Origin: Deltaproteobacteria bacterium
Lineage (GTDB): Bacteria; Desulfobacterota; Desulfuromonadia; Geobacterales; Pseudopelobacteraceae
Length of the DNA stretch: 64,000 bases
Assembly (NCBI GenBank): GCA_035407085.1
Contig: DAONZY010000005.1
Location: 5,648 to 69,647 of the forward strand
Direction of reading: 5' to 3'
Numbering within the stretch: the first letter of the stretch is position 1; every line of letters starts with the position of its first letter. Both the position numbers and the translations under genes were made by a program. A model generated the notes under the pieces. That model saw only the letters and a program-made list of their open reading frames with translations, did not search any database and had not been told where the DNA came from. Below, piece after piece: positions 24,150 to 33,748 of this stretch.

Positions 24150-24776
24150 TTGGCTCGTTATACAGGACCTTCATGCCGACTGTGCAGAAGAGAAAACATG
24201 GAATTATTTTTGAAGGGCGATCGGTGTTACACTGACAAGTGTGCCCTCAAGAGGCGTAACTATCCTCCTGGCCAGCATGGTCAGGGCCGTTCAAAGGTGT
24301 CAGCATATGGTGTTCAGCTTCGCGAAAAACAAAAGGTAAGACGCATTTACGGCCTGCTTGAAAAGCAGTTCCGTGGATATTTTGCTGAAGCAGACCGTCA
24401 GAAGGGTGTTACAGGTGAAACCCTGCTTTCATTGTTGGAAAGGCGTTTGGATAACGTTGTCTATAGATTGGGTTTTGCCTCATCACGGACAGAGTCCAGA
24501 CAACTTGTCAGGCATGGCCATTTTACCTTGAACGGCAAAAAGGTGAATATTCCGTCCATACAGCTCAAGGTTGGTGATGTTGTCGCATTGCGCGACAAAA
24601 GCAAGGCAATTGTGTCCATTAATGATGCGCTGGAAGCTGTTGCGCGTCGTGGTGTGCCCCAGTGGCTTGAGCTGGATAAGGATGCTTTAAAAGGTTCCAT
24701 GAAAGCACTGCCAATCCGTGAAGATATCACCACACCAATTCAGGAACAGCTGGTGGTAGAACTTTACTCGAAGTAA
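24150..24776 (+). CDS. rpsD: 30S ribosomal protein S4
   Basis: 208 aa. TTG start after AAGGAGG, giving (M)[14 protein letters not shown]. Confidence 0.96.
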   Translation: MARYTGPSCRLCRRENMELFLKGDRCYTDKCALKRRNYPPGQHGQGRSKVSAYGVQLREKQKVRRIYGLLEKQFRGYFAEADRQKGVTGETLLSLLERRLDNVVYRLGFASSRTESRQLVRHGHFTLNGKKVNIPSIQLKVGDVVALRDKSKAIVSINDALEAVARRGVPQWLELDKDALKGSMKALPIREDITTPIQEQLVVELYSK

Positions 24777-24838
24777 TCGCGGGTAGAGTTGTGCAGTGCT
24801 GTGAATGAGCCGGACAATACTATCCGGAGGAGGATTTA

Positions 24839-25861
24839 ATGTATAAAAACTGGCGCGATCTTATCAGGCCCAAACAGCTACAGGTTGAAAAAGAATCGCT
24901 TTCAGATACATATGGTAAGTTTTTCGCTGAGCCTTTTGAGCGTGGTTTTGGTACGACACTAGGGAATTCATTAAGAAGAATTCTGCTTTCCTCTTTGCAG
25001 GGAGCTGCTATCACATCAGTCCGTATCAAGAATGTGTTGCATGAGTTCTCGGCAATCCAGGGGGTTACGGAGGATGTCACTGACATCATTCTCAATCTTA
25101 AAGGGGTAAGACTGAAACTGCATTCTACACAGCAGACCACAATTCGACTTGTTCATAACGGTGAGGGCGTTGTTAAGGCTGGAGATTTTGTTGTCGGTCA
25201 CAATGTGCAGGTCATGAATCCAGAACACCATATTGCTACTTGTGGTAAAGATGCCAATCTTGATATGGAATTGACCGTTAAGATGGGCAAAGGGTATGTC
25301 CCCGCGGATCGAAATCGTGATGAAAAGGCACCAGTTGGTACAATCCCTATTGATGCTATTTATTCTCCTATCAAAAAGGTAAATTTTACTGTGTCAAATG
25401 CTCGAGTCGGGCAGATGACAGATTACGACAAGCTTACTCTTGAAATTTGGACAGATGGTAGTGCCAAGCCTGAAGATGCACTGGCATATGCTGCTAAAAT
25501 CATGAAGGAGCAGCTGACGATCTTTATCAACTTTGATGAAGAGCTGGAACCACAGGAATTTGAAGAATCTCTGGAAGAGGGCGACAAGATTAACGAGAAC
25601 CTCTATCGGACGGTCGAAGAGCTGGAGCTTTCTGTAAGATCATCAAACTGTCTCAAAAATGCTGGAATTAAATATATTGGTGAATTGGTTTCAAAAACCG
25701 AGGCTGAAATGCTCAAAACTCAGAATTTCGGTCGTAAGTCCTTGAATGAGATTAAGGACATACTCAGTGATATGGGCCTGACCTTCGGCATGAAGGTTGA
25801 TTCATTCCCTGAGCCTGAAATGCTGCGCCGTCTGCGTGGCGAGCAAAAAGAAGAAGAGTAG
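24839..25861 (+). CDS. rpoA: DNA-directed RNA polymerase subunit alpha
   Basis: 340 aa. N-terminal assembly domain ([15 protein letters not shown]) and C-terminal alphaCTD ([13 protein letters not shown]). Confidence 0.97.
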   Translation: MYKNWRDLIRPKQLQVEKESLSDTYGKFFAEPFERGFGTTLGNSLRRILLSSLQGAAITSVRIKNVLHEFSAIQGVTEDVTDIILNLKGVRLKLHSTQQTTIRLVHNGEGVVKAGDFVVGHNVQVMNPEHHIATCGKDANLDMELTVKMGKGYVPADRNRDEKAPVGTIPIDAIYSPIKKVNFTVSNARVGQMTDYDKLTLEIWTDGSAKPEDALAYAAKIMKEQLTIFINFDEELEPQEFEESLEEGDKINENLYRTVEELELSVRSSNCLKNAGIKYIGELVSKTEAEMLKTQNFGRKSLNEIKDILSDMGLTFGMKVDSFPEPEMLRRLRGEQKEEE

Positions 25862-25900
25862 TTTTACAAACAGTAATCAGTTTCAGAAAGGAATATGGGT

Positions 25901-26278
25901 ATGCGTCATAATAATGCAGGCAGGCGCCTCGGAAGAAAAACAAGTCATCGTGAGGCGATGTTCAGAAATATGGTTACATCGTTACTTGCTCATGAAAAGA
26001 TTACGACTACTGATGCCAAGGCTAAGGAGATTCGTACGTTTACTGAGAAGATGATTACCCTTGGTAAGCGAGGCGATCTGCATGCGATGCGTCAGGCTGC
26101 ATCTTTCATTCGTGAAAAGTCTGTTGTGACTAAGCTTTTCTCTGTAATTGCTCCTCGTTACAAGGAACGTCAAGGTGGTTATACGCGCATTATCAAACTG
26201 GGTATGCGCCAGGGCGATACTGCTCCGGTTTCTGTGATTGAACTGGTTGAAGAAGAAATGAAAACCGCCAAAGCATAG
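25901..26278 (+). CDS. rplQ: 50S ribosomal protein L17
   Basis: Trimmed to the canonical [12 protein letters not shown] start at 25901. It is the last gene of the alpha block. Confidence 0.95.
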   Translation: MRHNNAGRRLGRKTSHREAMFRNMVTSLLAHEKITTTDAKAKEIRTFTEKMITLGKRGDLHAMRQAASFIREKSVVTKLFSVIAPRYKERQGGYTRIIKLGMRQGDTAPVSVIELVEEEMKTAKA

Positions 26279-26308
26279 CAATTTTCAGTAAGTTTAAATT
26301 AAATATCA

Positions 26309-26345
26309 TGGCAGTGGGTCAGTATGACCCGCTGCCATTTTTTTT
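26309..26345. terminator. Rho-independent terminator closing the r-protein supercluster (possibly bidirectional)
   Basis: Stem GGCAGTGGGTC pairs with GACCCGCTGCC (one G-U pair) around the loop AGTAT, followed by T8. It lies between the convergent rplQ and the minus-strand DUF327 gene. Confidence 0.85.
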
Positions 26346-26799
26346 AAGTAATCAGATCAATAACCAATCCCTTAATTCCAATCACCTTCTCGATTACCTT
26401 CATATTCTCCTTTTGCTGGCTGACGATCAGGTTATATAGTTGCTCCGCTTCTCTGTTAATAACGGTTATGATTTCGAAATATCTGGGGTTGTGAGGGGTT
26501 CCGCCGATTTTCTCGAGTCGGTAGGCCTCATTACTCACTCTTTTTGCAAGCTGGCTGAGCAATTGCTTGTATTTTTTGAAATTGGCCAGGTTTGGCTCGC
26601 GGGATAATGCTTCACCTGCATGGTCGATCTCCTTTCGCATCTGGTCGATTTCATGCTCATAGGAGTCAATTTCGCTACTTTGGATCTGAAGTGTATCTGC
26701 AAAGGAAGCGGAAGAAGTGGATGGCTTATGTAACGAATCCTTTGTGGTCTCCTTAACGATATCCTTAAAAAAGCCGGTTTCTTTTATGCGCATAGGCAT
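26344..26799 (-). CDS. DUF327 (YaaR-like) family protein
   Basis: 151 aa and predicted helical. The C-terminal IGIKGLVIDLIT resembles the Bacillus YaaR C-terminus as I recall it. A start at the second Met (MRIKE) is equally possible. Confidence 0.65.
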   Translation of the reverse strand: MPMRIKETGFFKDIVKETTKDSLHKPSTSSASFADTLQIQSSEIDSYEHEIDQMRKEIDHAGEALSREPNLANFKKYKQLLSQLAKRVSNEAYRLEKIGGTPHNPRYFEIITVINREAEQLYNLIVSQQKENMKVIEKVIGIKGLVIDLIT

Positions 26800-27016
26800 C
26801 CTCGTGCGGTGTGGTCAGTAAAATAGTGTTGCAAAAATGCATCAATCAGTTTGCTTGAACGGGTAATTATGATATAAGCGCATATCACCATAATAATATG
26901 TAACTGCAGCATGAAAATATCATACAACTCGATTAGTCCGATGCAAAGCATCTTATGCGGAGTAGCCTGCGATCGGTTGAACACTGGTCCGGAAATTAGC
27001 ACGTGGAGCAATTCTG

Positions 27017-29233
27017 ATGGTATCAAAACTTCCAAGTGGTGAGCGTAGAAAGAGAACAAGGGAGGGGATGATTATTGCCCTTGCCCTGGTGTTGATCGTT
27101 CTTTTGACCAGGGCCGAGATCCATTTGACCCGCTTGAGCGCCGATGCGCCGATTGGTAGCAATATTGCCATCTTCGGTGTAATTAATGTGGTTATTCTGC
27201 TGGTTATTCTGCTGGTATATCTAGTGTGCAGAAATGTAGTCAAGCTGTTGGTAGAAAGTCGCTCAAATCCTTTAGCCACCAAATTACGAACAAAGCTGGT
27301 CTCATCATTCATCGGTCTGTCACTGGTTCCGACCATGATGCTCTTTTTTGCGGCAGCTGGATTCATCAATAACACAATCCACAACTGGTTCAATAATCAG
27401 GTTGAATCAGCTCTTAGTGAATCGCTGGAAGTTGCCCAGACATACTATAAAAACTCTGCCTCAAATGCCATTTATTACGGTCGGCAAATTAGCGGTTTTG
27501 TAAGAGCCCAGAAACTCCTGAACCAGGACAACCTGCCGCAGTTGCGGGAGTTGATTAGGCAAAAGCAGAAAGAATATAACTTGGGGGTGGTTGAAGTTTA
27601 CTCTGCCCAGCGTGAAGAACTGGTGCGTGCGGCAAATCCGGATGTTCCCAAAGCAGAGTTTACCAACCCAGCTTCTGAGGATATTGACCGTGTCCTGGAG
27701 GGCAAGGAGCTGACACGCATCAACACGGCCGGTAAGGCAGACCTGATTCGCGGCATTGTGCCAATATATTCAACTTGGAACCAGAAGGATGTGGTTGGGG
27801 CCGTGGTAGTCAACTACTATGTCCCTTATTCGCTGGTCAACAAGATGAAGGAGATTACAAACTCGTATAACGACTTTCGCCAGCTTAAGATTCTGAAGAA
27901 TCCGATCAGGGCCGGATATATACTGCTGTTGTTCCTGATTACAGTTGTGATCGTGTTTTTCGCCTACTGGATGGGGATATATCTGGCTAACAGCATGACC
28001 AAACCTGTTCAGGAGCTTGTTGAAGCAACCAGGGAACTGGCCGGTGGAAACCTGGACGTACACATCGAGACGTCTTCTGTAGATGAAATCGGTATGCTGG
28101 TTGATTCCTTCAACAAAATGACCAATGATTTGCGGGGCCAGAAACGGGAACTGAACAGCTTTAATGACGAGTTGAGCAGAAAAAACCAGGAAATTGAAGA
28201 ACGTCGTCGCTATATGGAGATAGTGCTGCGTAATGTGGCTGCTGGCGTGATCTCTGTTGACAAGGGCGGCATCATTACAACGATCAATAAATCTGCGGAA
28301 AAACTACTACTCATCAATCCTGGATCAGTATTGGGCAAAAACTTTCGCGATGTGCTGCGCGAAGCGGATCTGGATATTGTCAAGGATACGTTGCGTGAGT
28401 TGATGGCTGCCAAGCAGGACACCATCAATCGGCAGGTATTTGTGGATATTCGAGGCAACCGTTTGGCGCTCCATCTGCATTTGACCATGCTGCGCGACGA
28501 AGCCGGTGAGTTTGTCGGAACCGTGTTGGTGCTGGATGATCTGACCCAGCTTATGAAAGCACAGCGTATGGCAGCCTGGCGCGAGGTCGCTCGCCGGATT
28601 GCCCATGAAATCAAGAACCCGCTTACGCCGATACAACTATCGGCTCAGCGTTTGAGAAAGCGATATTTGCCTAGGTTCAGCGATGATGAAAAGGTTTTTG
28701 ACGAGTGCACCGAAATGATCATCAAGTCGGTGGACGAGTTGAAAAACCTGGTCAACGAGTTTTCAAATTTTGCACGCATGCCTGCTATACAGCCGGAACC
28801 CAACAATCTTAACGTATTAATACGGGAGGCCCTGACACTTTATCAGGAAGGGCATCCGGGGGTTGCCTTTGCGTTCTTGCCTGATGACAGTCTGCCTGTG
28901 CTGACCATTGATCGCGATCAAATTAAACGTGTGATTATCAATATCCTGGAGAATTCAGTTGCTGCCATGGATGAGCGGGGCAGGATCGAGATTCGTACTG
29001 GTTTTGACAGGGAGCTGATGCTGGCCTCGGTCAGTATTTCCGATGATGGCCCCGGAATACCGCCAGAAGACAAACCGCGTTTGTTTGAGCCGTATTTTTC
29101 GACTAAAAAGACTGGAACTGGCCTGGGACTGGCTGTTGTAAACAGTATTGTAACCGATCATAACGGTTTTGTGAGGGTGCGTGACAACCAGCCACGAGGT
29201 GCCTGCTTTGTGGTCGAACTGCCAGCGGGGTAG
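27017..29233 (+). CDS. NtrY-like membrane sensor histidine kinase (TM-HAMP-PAS-HisKA-HATPase)
   Basis: 738 aa with several N-terminal hydrophobic helices and a HAMP-like segment after the last TM. H-box IAHEIKNPLTPIQLSA; ATPase G-boxes DDGPGIP and GTGLGLA. Confidence 0.85.
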   Translation: MVSKLPSGERRKRTREGMIIALALVLIVLLTRAEIHLTRLSADAPIGSNIAIFGVINVVILLVILLVYLVCRNVVKLLVESRSNPLATKLRTKLVSSFIGLSLVPTMMLFFAAAGFINNTIHNWFNNQVESALSESLEVAQTYYKNSASNAIYYGRQISGFVRAQKLLNQDNLPQLRELIRQKQKEYNLGVVEVYSAQREELVRAANPDVPKAEFTNPASEDIDRVLEGKELTRINTAGKADLIRGIVPIYSTWNQKDVVGAVVVNYYVPYSLVNKMKEITNSYNDFRQLKILKNPIRAGYILLLFLITVVIVFFAYWMGIYLANSMTKPVQELVEATRELAGGNLDVHIETSSVDEIGMLVDSFNKMTNDLRGQKRELNSFNDELSRKNQEIEERRRYMEIVLRNVAAGVISVDKGGIITTINKSAEKLLLINPGSVLGKNFRDVLREADLDIVKDTLRELMAAKQDTINRQVFVDIRGNRLALHLHLTMLRDEAGEFVGTVLVLDDLTQLMKAQRMAAWREVARRIAHEIKNPLTPIQLSAQRLRKRYLPRFSDDEKVFDECTEMIIKSVDELKNLVNEFSNFARMPAIQPEPNNLNVLIREALTLYQEGHPGVAFAFLPDDSLPVLTIDRDQIKRVIINILENSVAAMDERGRIEIRTGFDRELMLASVSISDDGPGIPPEDKPRLFEPYFSTKKTGTGLGLAVVNSIVTDHNGFVRVRDNQPRGACFVVELPAG

Positions 29234-29290
29234 CCGGGACAGTATGAAGAAGTAAATCCAAACATTGACCTGATTATTAAGGAGCGATAG

Positions 29291-30667
29291 ATGGCAAAGA
29301 CAATACTGATTGTGGATGACGAAAAGGACATCAGGACATCGCTGACCGGCATACTGGAGGACGAAGGGTATCAGGTGATGACAGCCAGTAGCGGCATGGA
29401 TGCACTGGAAACGGTGAAGCAGGAGCTGCCTGATCTGGTGCTGCTGGACATCTGGATGCCCGGTATTGACGGTCTGGAAACGCTGGAACGGGTCAAGGCG
29501 CTTTGTCCGCAGTTGACCGTGATTATGATCTCTGGGCACGGCACGATCGAGACCGCCGTAAAGGCAACGAAACTGGGAGCTTTTGATTTTATCGAGAAGC
29601 CCTTGTCCTTGGACAAGGTGCTGATCAGTGTCAGCAATGCGCTGCGCATGGGAGAACTGAGTGTAGAAAACGAAGAGCTCAAACGCGCCGCAGGCAATGA
29701 GAACGAGCTGATCGGCAACAGCGCTGCTATCTCTGAATTGCGGGAACACATCATGAGGGTTGCCGGTACAAATGCTTCGGTGCTGATTACTGGAGAAAAC
29801 GGAACCGGCAAGGAGCTGGTTGCACGTTCACTGCATTTCTACAGTCAGCGCAAGGCAAAGCCTTTCATTGCCATCAACTGTGCAGCCATACCGGAAGAAC
29901 TGATTGAGAGCGAACTTTTTGGACATGAAAAGGGTGCTTTCACCGGTGCTGTGGCGCAGAAAAAGGGGAAATTCGATCTGGCTGATGGCGGTACGCTGTT
30001 TCTGGACGAGGTTGGAGACATGTCGCTCAAAACCCAGGCCAAACTGCTGCGCATACTCCAGGAGCGATGCTTTGAAAGGGTGGGCGGCACCAAGCTGGTA
30101 TCGGTTGATGTGCGCGTCATTGCAGCTACTAACAAGCCCCTGGAGGAAGAGATCCGCAATGGCCTTTTCAGGGAGGACCTGTATTATCGCCTGAACGTGA
30201 TTCCCTTTCATGTGCCAGCGCTGCGGGAACGGGCAGAGGACATCCCGCTGCTGGTGCAGCACTTTGTCAGCCAGTTCTATCATTATGAAGGGCGCGATCC
30301 CAAGGAATTCAAAAGTGATGCACTCGATCTACTCAGCCGATATGTCTGGCCGGGTAATGTGCGCGAGTTGCGCAATATTGTGGAGCGGATACTGATCATG
30401 ACTCCCGGTCGCCAGGTGACCGCAGGAGATGTGCCAACCCTGTTAGGGGGAGGGGGGGCAAGAAAGGAAAGTGGCGACAGACGAATGGATGGTGTATCGC
30501 TACCGGCTACCCTGCGGGAGGCCAGGGAGGATTTTGAACGTGAATTCATTATCCGCAAGCTGGAAGAAAACGACTGGAATATCTCTCGTACGGCGGACCT
30601 GATTGAGCTTGAACGGAGCAACCTGCATCGTAAGATCAAGGCCTATGGGATTGATGTAAGAAAATGA
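29291..30667 (+). CDS. Sigma-54-dependent response regulator (NtrC/NtrX family)
   Basis: REC domain (DLVLLDIWMPGIDG). AAA+ Walker A GENGTGKE, the GAFTGA loop and ELFGHEKGAFTGA. C-terminal Fis-type HTH. Confidence 0.9.
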   Translation: MAKTILIVDDEKDIRTSLTGILEDEGYQVMTASSGMDALETVKQELPDLVLLDIWMPGIDGLETLERVKALCPQLTVIMISGHGTIETAVKATKLGAFDFIEKPLSLDKVLISVSNALRMGELSVENEELKRAAGNENELIGNSAAISELREHIMRVAGTNASVLITGENGTGKELVARSLHFYSQRKAKPFIAINCAAIPEELIESELFGHEKGAFTGAVAQKKGKFDLADGGTLFLDEVGDMSLKTQAKLLRILQERCFERVGGTKLVSVDVRVIAATNKPLEEEIRNGLFREDLYYRLNVIPFHVPALRERAEDIPLLVQHFVSQFYHYEGRDPKEFKSDALDLLSRYVWPGNVRELRNIVERILIMTPGRQVTAGDVPTLLGGGGARKESGDRRMDGVSLPATLREAREDFEREFIIRKLEENDWNISRTADLIELERSNLHRKIKAYGIDVRK

Positions 30668-30737
30668 CATCAAATGGACGAGATTATTTATTCAGGATTG
30701 ATCAGCTCCATTAAAGTCCGGACTTGATTGATTCCGA

Positions 30738-31220
30738 CTAACCGGCGACAGTACGCTTGCGTTTTCGCAACATGCTGAAAAAACTGCTCAATATTTCAGA
30801 ACACTCCTGCTCCATGATGCGTGGTATCAACTCGATGCTGTGGTTTAGTTGGCTATTGTTCGACAGGTTATAGACTGAACCTGCCGCCCCTCCCTTGGGG
30901 TCGTAGCAGCCGAATACCACTTGCGGTATTCGTGAGAGAATAATGGCGCCCATGCACATGGTGCAGGGCTCCAGTGTCACATAGAGGGTTGTGTCAAGCA
31001 GTCGCCAGGAACCCAGTTTTCTGGCGGCTTTTCTGATGGCAAGCATCTCGGCATGCGCACTTGGGTCCTGTGAGGATTCACGCAGGTTGTGGCCTCGGCC
31101 GATAATTCTGCCTTGCCTGACAATCACACAGCCGATCGGCACCTCATCTTTGTCTTCGGCCTTCCGTGCTTCCGACAGGGCGCGCTGCATCCAGTAGTAA
31201 TGGTCTTTTTTCTGCATCAT
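30738..31220 (-). CDS. tadA: tRNA-specific adenosine deaminase
   Basis: 160 aa with the CDA-fold zinc motifs HAEMLAI and PCTMCMGAI. Confidence 0.9.
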   Translation of the reverse strand: MMQKKDHYYWMQRALSEARKAEDKDEVPIGCVIVRQGRIIGRGHNLRESSQDPSAHAEMLAIRKAARKLGSWRLLDTTLYVTLEPCTMCMGAIILSRIPQVVFGCYDPKGGAAGSVYNLSNNSQLNHSIELIPRIMEQECSEILSSFFSMLRKRKRTVAG

Positions 31221-31232
31221 TCCGTTCCTGTT

Positions 31233-33437
31233 TCAGATGATCTTGATGGCAAACATGGCCACATCGTCACTGCGGCTTTTATCCTCCGCAAATTGTTTCA
31301 GCACGTGGGACACATGCGTAATGATCTCCTGCGGATGGCTGCCGCTACGGGATGCAATCGCTGTTTTTAAACGCTCGACCCCGAAAAACCCCCCCAAACG
31401 GTCTTCCGTGTCGGTAACGCCGTCGGTGTACATGAATAGTAGATCGCCGGAAGAAACCTGGACGGCCTTCTCTTCAAAATCCACTTGGTGCATTACCCCC
31501 AGAATCATGCCTTCGGCATCCAGATCTGTAAACCGCCCTGTGCGGGCGGAGTACAGCAGTGGGCGGTTGTGGCCGGCGCTGGCATAGGTGATACAGCGGC
31601 TTGTGGAGTTGAAGCGGGCGTAGAACATGCTGATCTGCAGCTCCGCCCTGAGCAGATCTTCATACAGATGGTGGTTGGCTTCTGCGAGCAATTGTGCGGG
31701 CGTCCTGGAAATGTGTGCCAGGGCGCGCAGTACGATGTGGGTTTCGGACATGAGCAATGCCGAGCCAACATTGTGGCCAGTAATGTCGGCGATGACTACG
31801 TCGAGTACCCCCTCCTGGGGCACGAAAAAGTCGTAGTAGTCACCACCCACATGGGCGGCTGGTTCACACCTGCATGCCATGTAGACCCCTTCAAGCTGCC
31901 AGGGGCAATCCGGCAAGAAGGACTGTTGGATGTTCTGAGCGATCTCAAACACCTTGTCTGTCTGGGCCTTTTCAAGCATCAGCTGTTCATTTTTCTTGCG
32001 CTCGGTGATATCGGTCAGCATGGCAAATGACCCGCATGACTGCTGCTTGTCACCGATAATGGTCTGCGATGAGACGATCGTCCAGAGCTCCTGCCCATCA
32101 CGCCTGCGCCAGCGCTGCTCATACTGCCTGTCCTGGCCTTCTTCCATAACCATCAGATGATTGGCCATATCGCCGTCAAACAGGAAATATCTGATCTCCT
32201 TACCGATCATCTCTTCGGCTGTATAGCCAAGCATCTCGGCCATGCGGGTGTTGACGAAGCTTGTGCGCCGGTTATCATCCAGGGCCCAGATCCCCTCATT
32301 GGCTGTGTCAACGATCCTGCGGTACTTCTCACGGCTTCTCCTGAGTGCATCATCCCTGGTTTGCAGCTGCAAGGTCATATTATTGAAGGCGCGGGCTAGT
32401 GTGCCGATCTCGTCTGTCGAGCTGCATTCGGCATGCACCTTCAGGTTGCCGGCGGCCACGTTGCGGGCCGCCTCGGTTAGCATGGAAATCGGCTTGAACA
32501 GATATCTGGCAATGGCAAACACAACTGCGATCACAATCAGCACAGTGCTGGCAATGATACCCAGATTGGTCTGGCGCACGCTGGTGATTTCATGCAAGGC
32601 ATCATGCAGCGGCTGCTGCACGATCAGCCCCCAGCGGGTGATCGGCAGGTAGTGGTATCCGGCCAGTCGTTTCTGACCGTTGTAATCATACTCCACCCAG
32701 CCATTGTTGCCGCCGATGACAGCCCTGGCCGGCGCCAGGTCGGAAACGTCGGCTGCGTTGTCCACCAGGGTGCGGTCAGGATGGATCAGCACTCTGCCAT
32801 CCGCATTGACGATAAAGGCATAGCCGTTCTTACCGATCCTGGTTCGGGCTACCAGATCAATGATCTTCTGTAGATCCATGGTGATGATCAACATGCCGGC
32901 GACATCTCCCTGGGGGCCAATGATCGGTTCGGCTATGGCGATGCCCGGCTTGCCCGTAGTTTTGGAAATCAGCACATCTGATACTTCTGTGTTGCCGCTC
33001 TTCACGGCCTTTTTGAAATAATCGCGATCACTGTAGTTGATGATTGAATGGGTACCGTCGGAACGAGCCAGCAAGTCTCCTGAAGCTGTGGTGGTCAACG
33101 CAATCAGCAGATCTCCATGTTGTCGGACCAGTGAACTCAACATGGGCAACTGCTCTGACGGCTGCATGGAAGAGATGGCGCTACTTTCTACCGCAACCCT
33201 GGTCATGCGGATCTTTTCCGAGAGCATCTGGTTTACAACCCCGGCGATGGTTTCGGCAAATTTGCGGTTTTTTTCAAATACAGATGAGGTGATGGCCCGT
33301 TCATAAGCCCTGGATGATAGAAAATTGGCCAGCATCAGTGGGACGATGGCCATTGCGGCAAAGGCTATGATCAGCTTGAGGCGCAAGCTTCTGCTGATCA
33401 TGGCGAAGACGCTTTTTAGCCGCTGGTTGACAGGCAT
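31233..33437 (-). CDS. Membrane sensor protein phosphatase (Cache-like periplasmic domain, HAMP, PAS, PP2C/SpoIIE)
   Basis: The start was trimmed to the ATG at 33437 (GAGGAG 8 nt upstream); the ORF track extends to 33566. Two TM segments flank a roughly 280-aa extracytoplasmic region. The HAMP is followed by a PAS. The C-terminal approximately 240 aa have SpoIIE-like acidic motifs (GGDYYDF, DITGHN, YTDGVTD). Confidence 0.85.
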   Translation of the reverse strand: MPVNQRLKSVFAMISRSLRLKLIIAFAAMAIVPLMLANFLSSRAYERAITSSVFEKNRKFAETIAGVVNQMLSEKIRMTRVAVESSAISSMQPSEQLPMLSSLVRQHGDLLIALTTTASGDLLARSDGTHSIINYSDRDYFKKAVKSGNTEVSDVLISKTTGKPGIAIAEPIIGPQGDVAGMLIITMDLQKIIDLVARTRIGKNGYAFIVNADGRVLIHPDRTLVDNAADVSDLAPARAVIGGNNGWVEYDYNGQKRLAGYHYLPITRWGLIVQQPLHDALHEITSVRQTNLGIIASTVLIVIAVVFAIARYLFKPISMLTEAARNVAAGNLKVHAECSSTDEIGTLARAFNNMTLQLQTRDDALRRSREKYRRIVDTANEGIWALDDNRRTSFVNTRMAEMLGYTAEEMIGKEIRYFLFDGDMANHLMVMEEGQDRQYEQRWRRRDGQELWTIVSSQTIIGDKQQSCGSFAMLTDITERKKNEQLMLEKAQTDKVFEIAQNIQQSFLPDCPWQLEGVYMACRCEPAAHVGGDYYDFFVPQEGVLDVVIADITGHNVGSALLMSETHIVLRALAHISRTPAQLLAEANHHLYEDLLRAELQISMFYARFNSTSRCITYASAGHNRPLLYSARTGRFTDLDAEGMILGVMHQVDFEEKAVQVSSGDLLFMYTDGVTDTEDRLGGFFGVERLKTAIASRSGSHPQEIITHVSHVLKQFAEDKSRSDDVAMFAIKII

Positions 33438-33748
33438 GTGTCCTGCTCCTCTGGAGTAAATGGCGAACGGGTTCTTTTCATGCATACTATATATCAGATG
33501 TGACTGGATTGCCATTAACAGGACTTTGGAAAAATGCTGTTTTGTTGTCTTGTGATCATGTTGCAAAAGTGCCGGCAGGATTTACAATAGTTGCAACTAT
33601 TCAGCATACCCGGATGACGGGCATTTTGCCTGTCTTGCAAGCGGTTTATCGCCCGCATCGTTTCCAATAGTTGAGCGTTTTTCGTCAGGGGCTCCGGATA
33701 GAGGCATGTCAGTGTGTAATAACCCGGTCGGCAGCAAGGATTGCGGAG

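Noticed and set aside
26784-27059. 91-aa minus-strand ORF spanning the DUF327/ntrY divergent intergenic region
   Set aside because: The region is AT-rich. The ORF overlaps the ntrY start and the DUF327 5' end, and has no SD or recognisable domain. It is most likely a promoter region.
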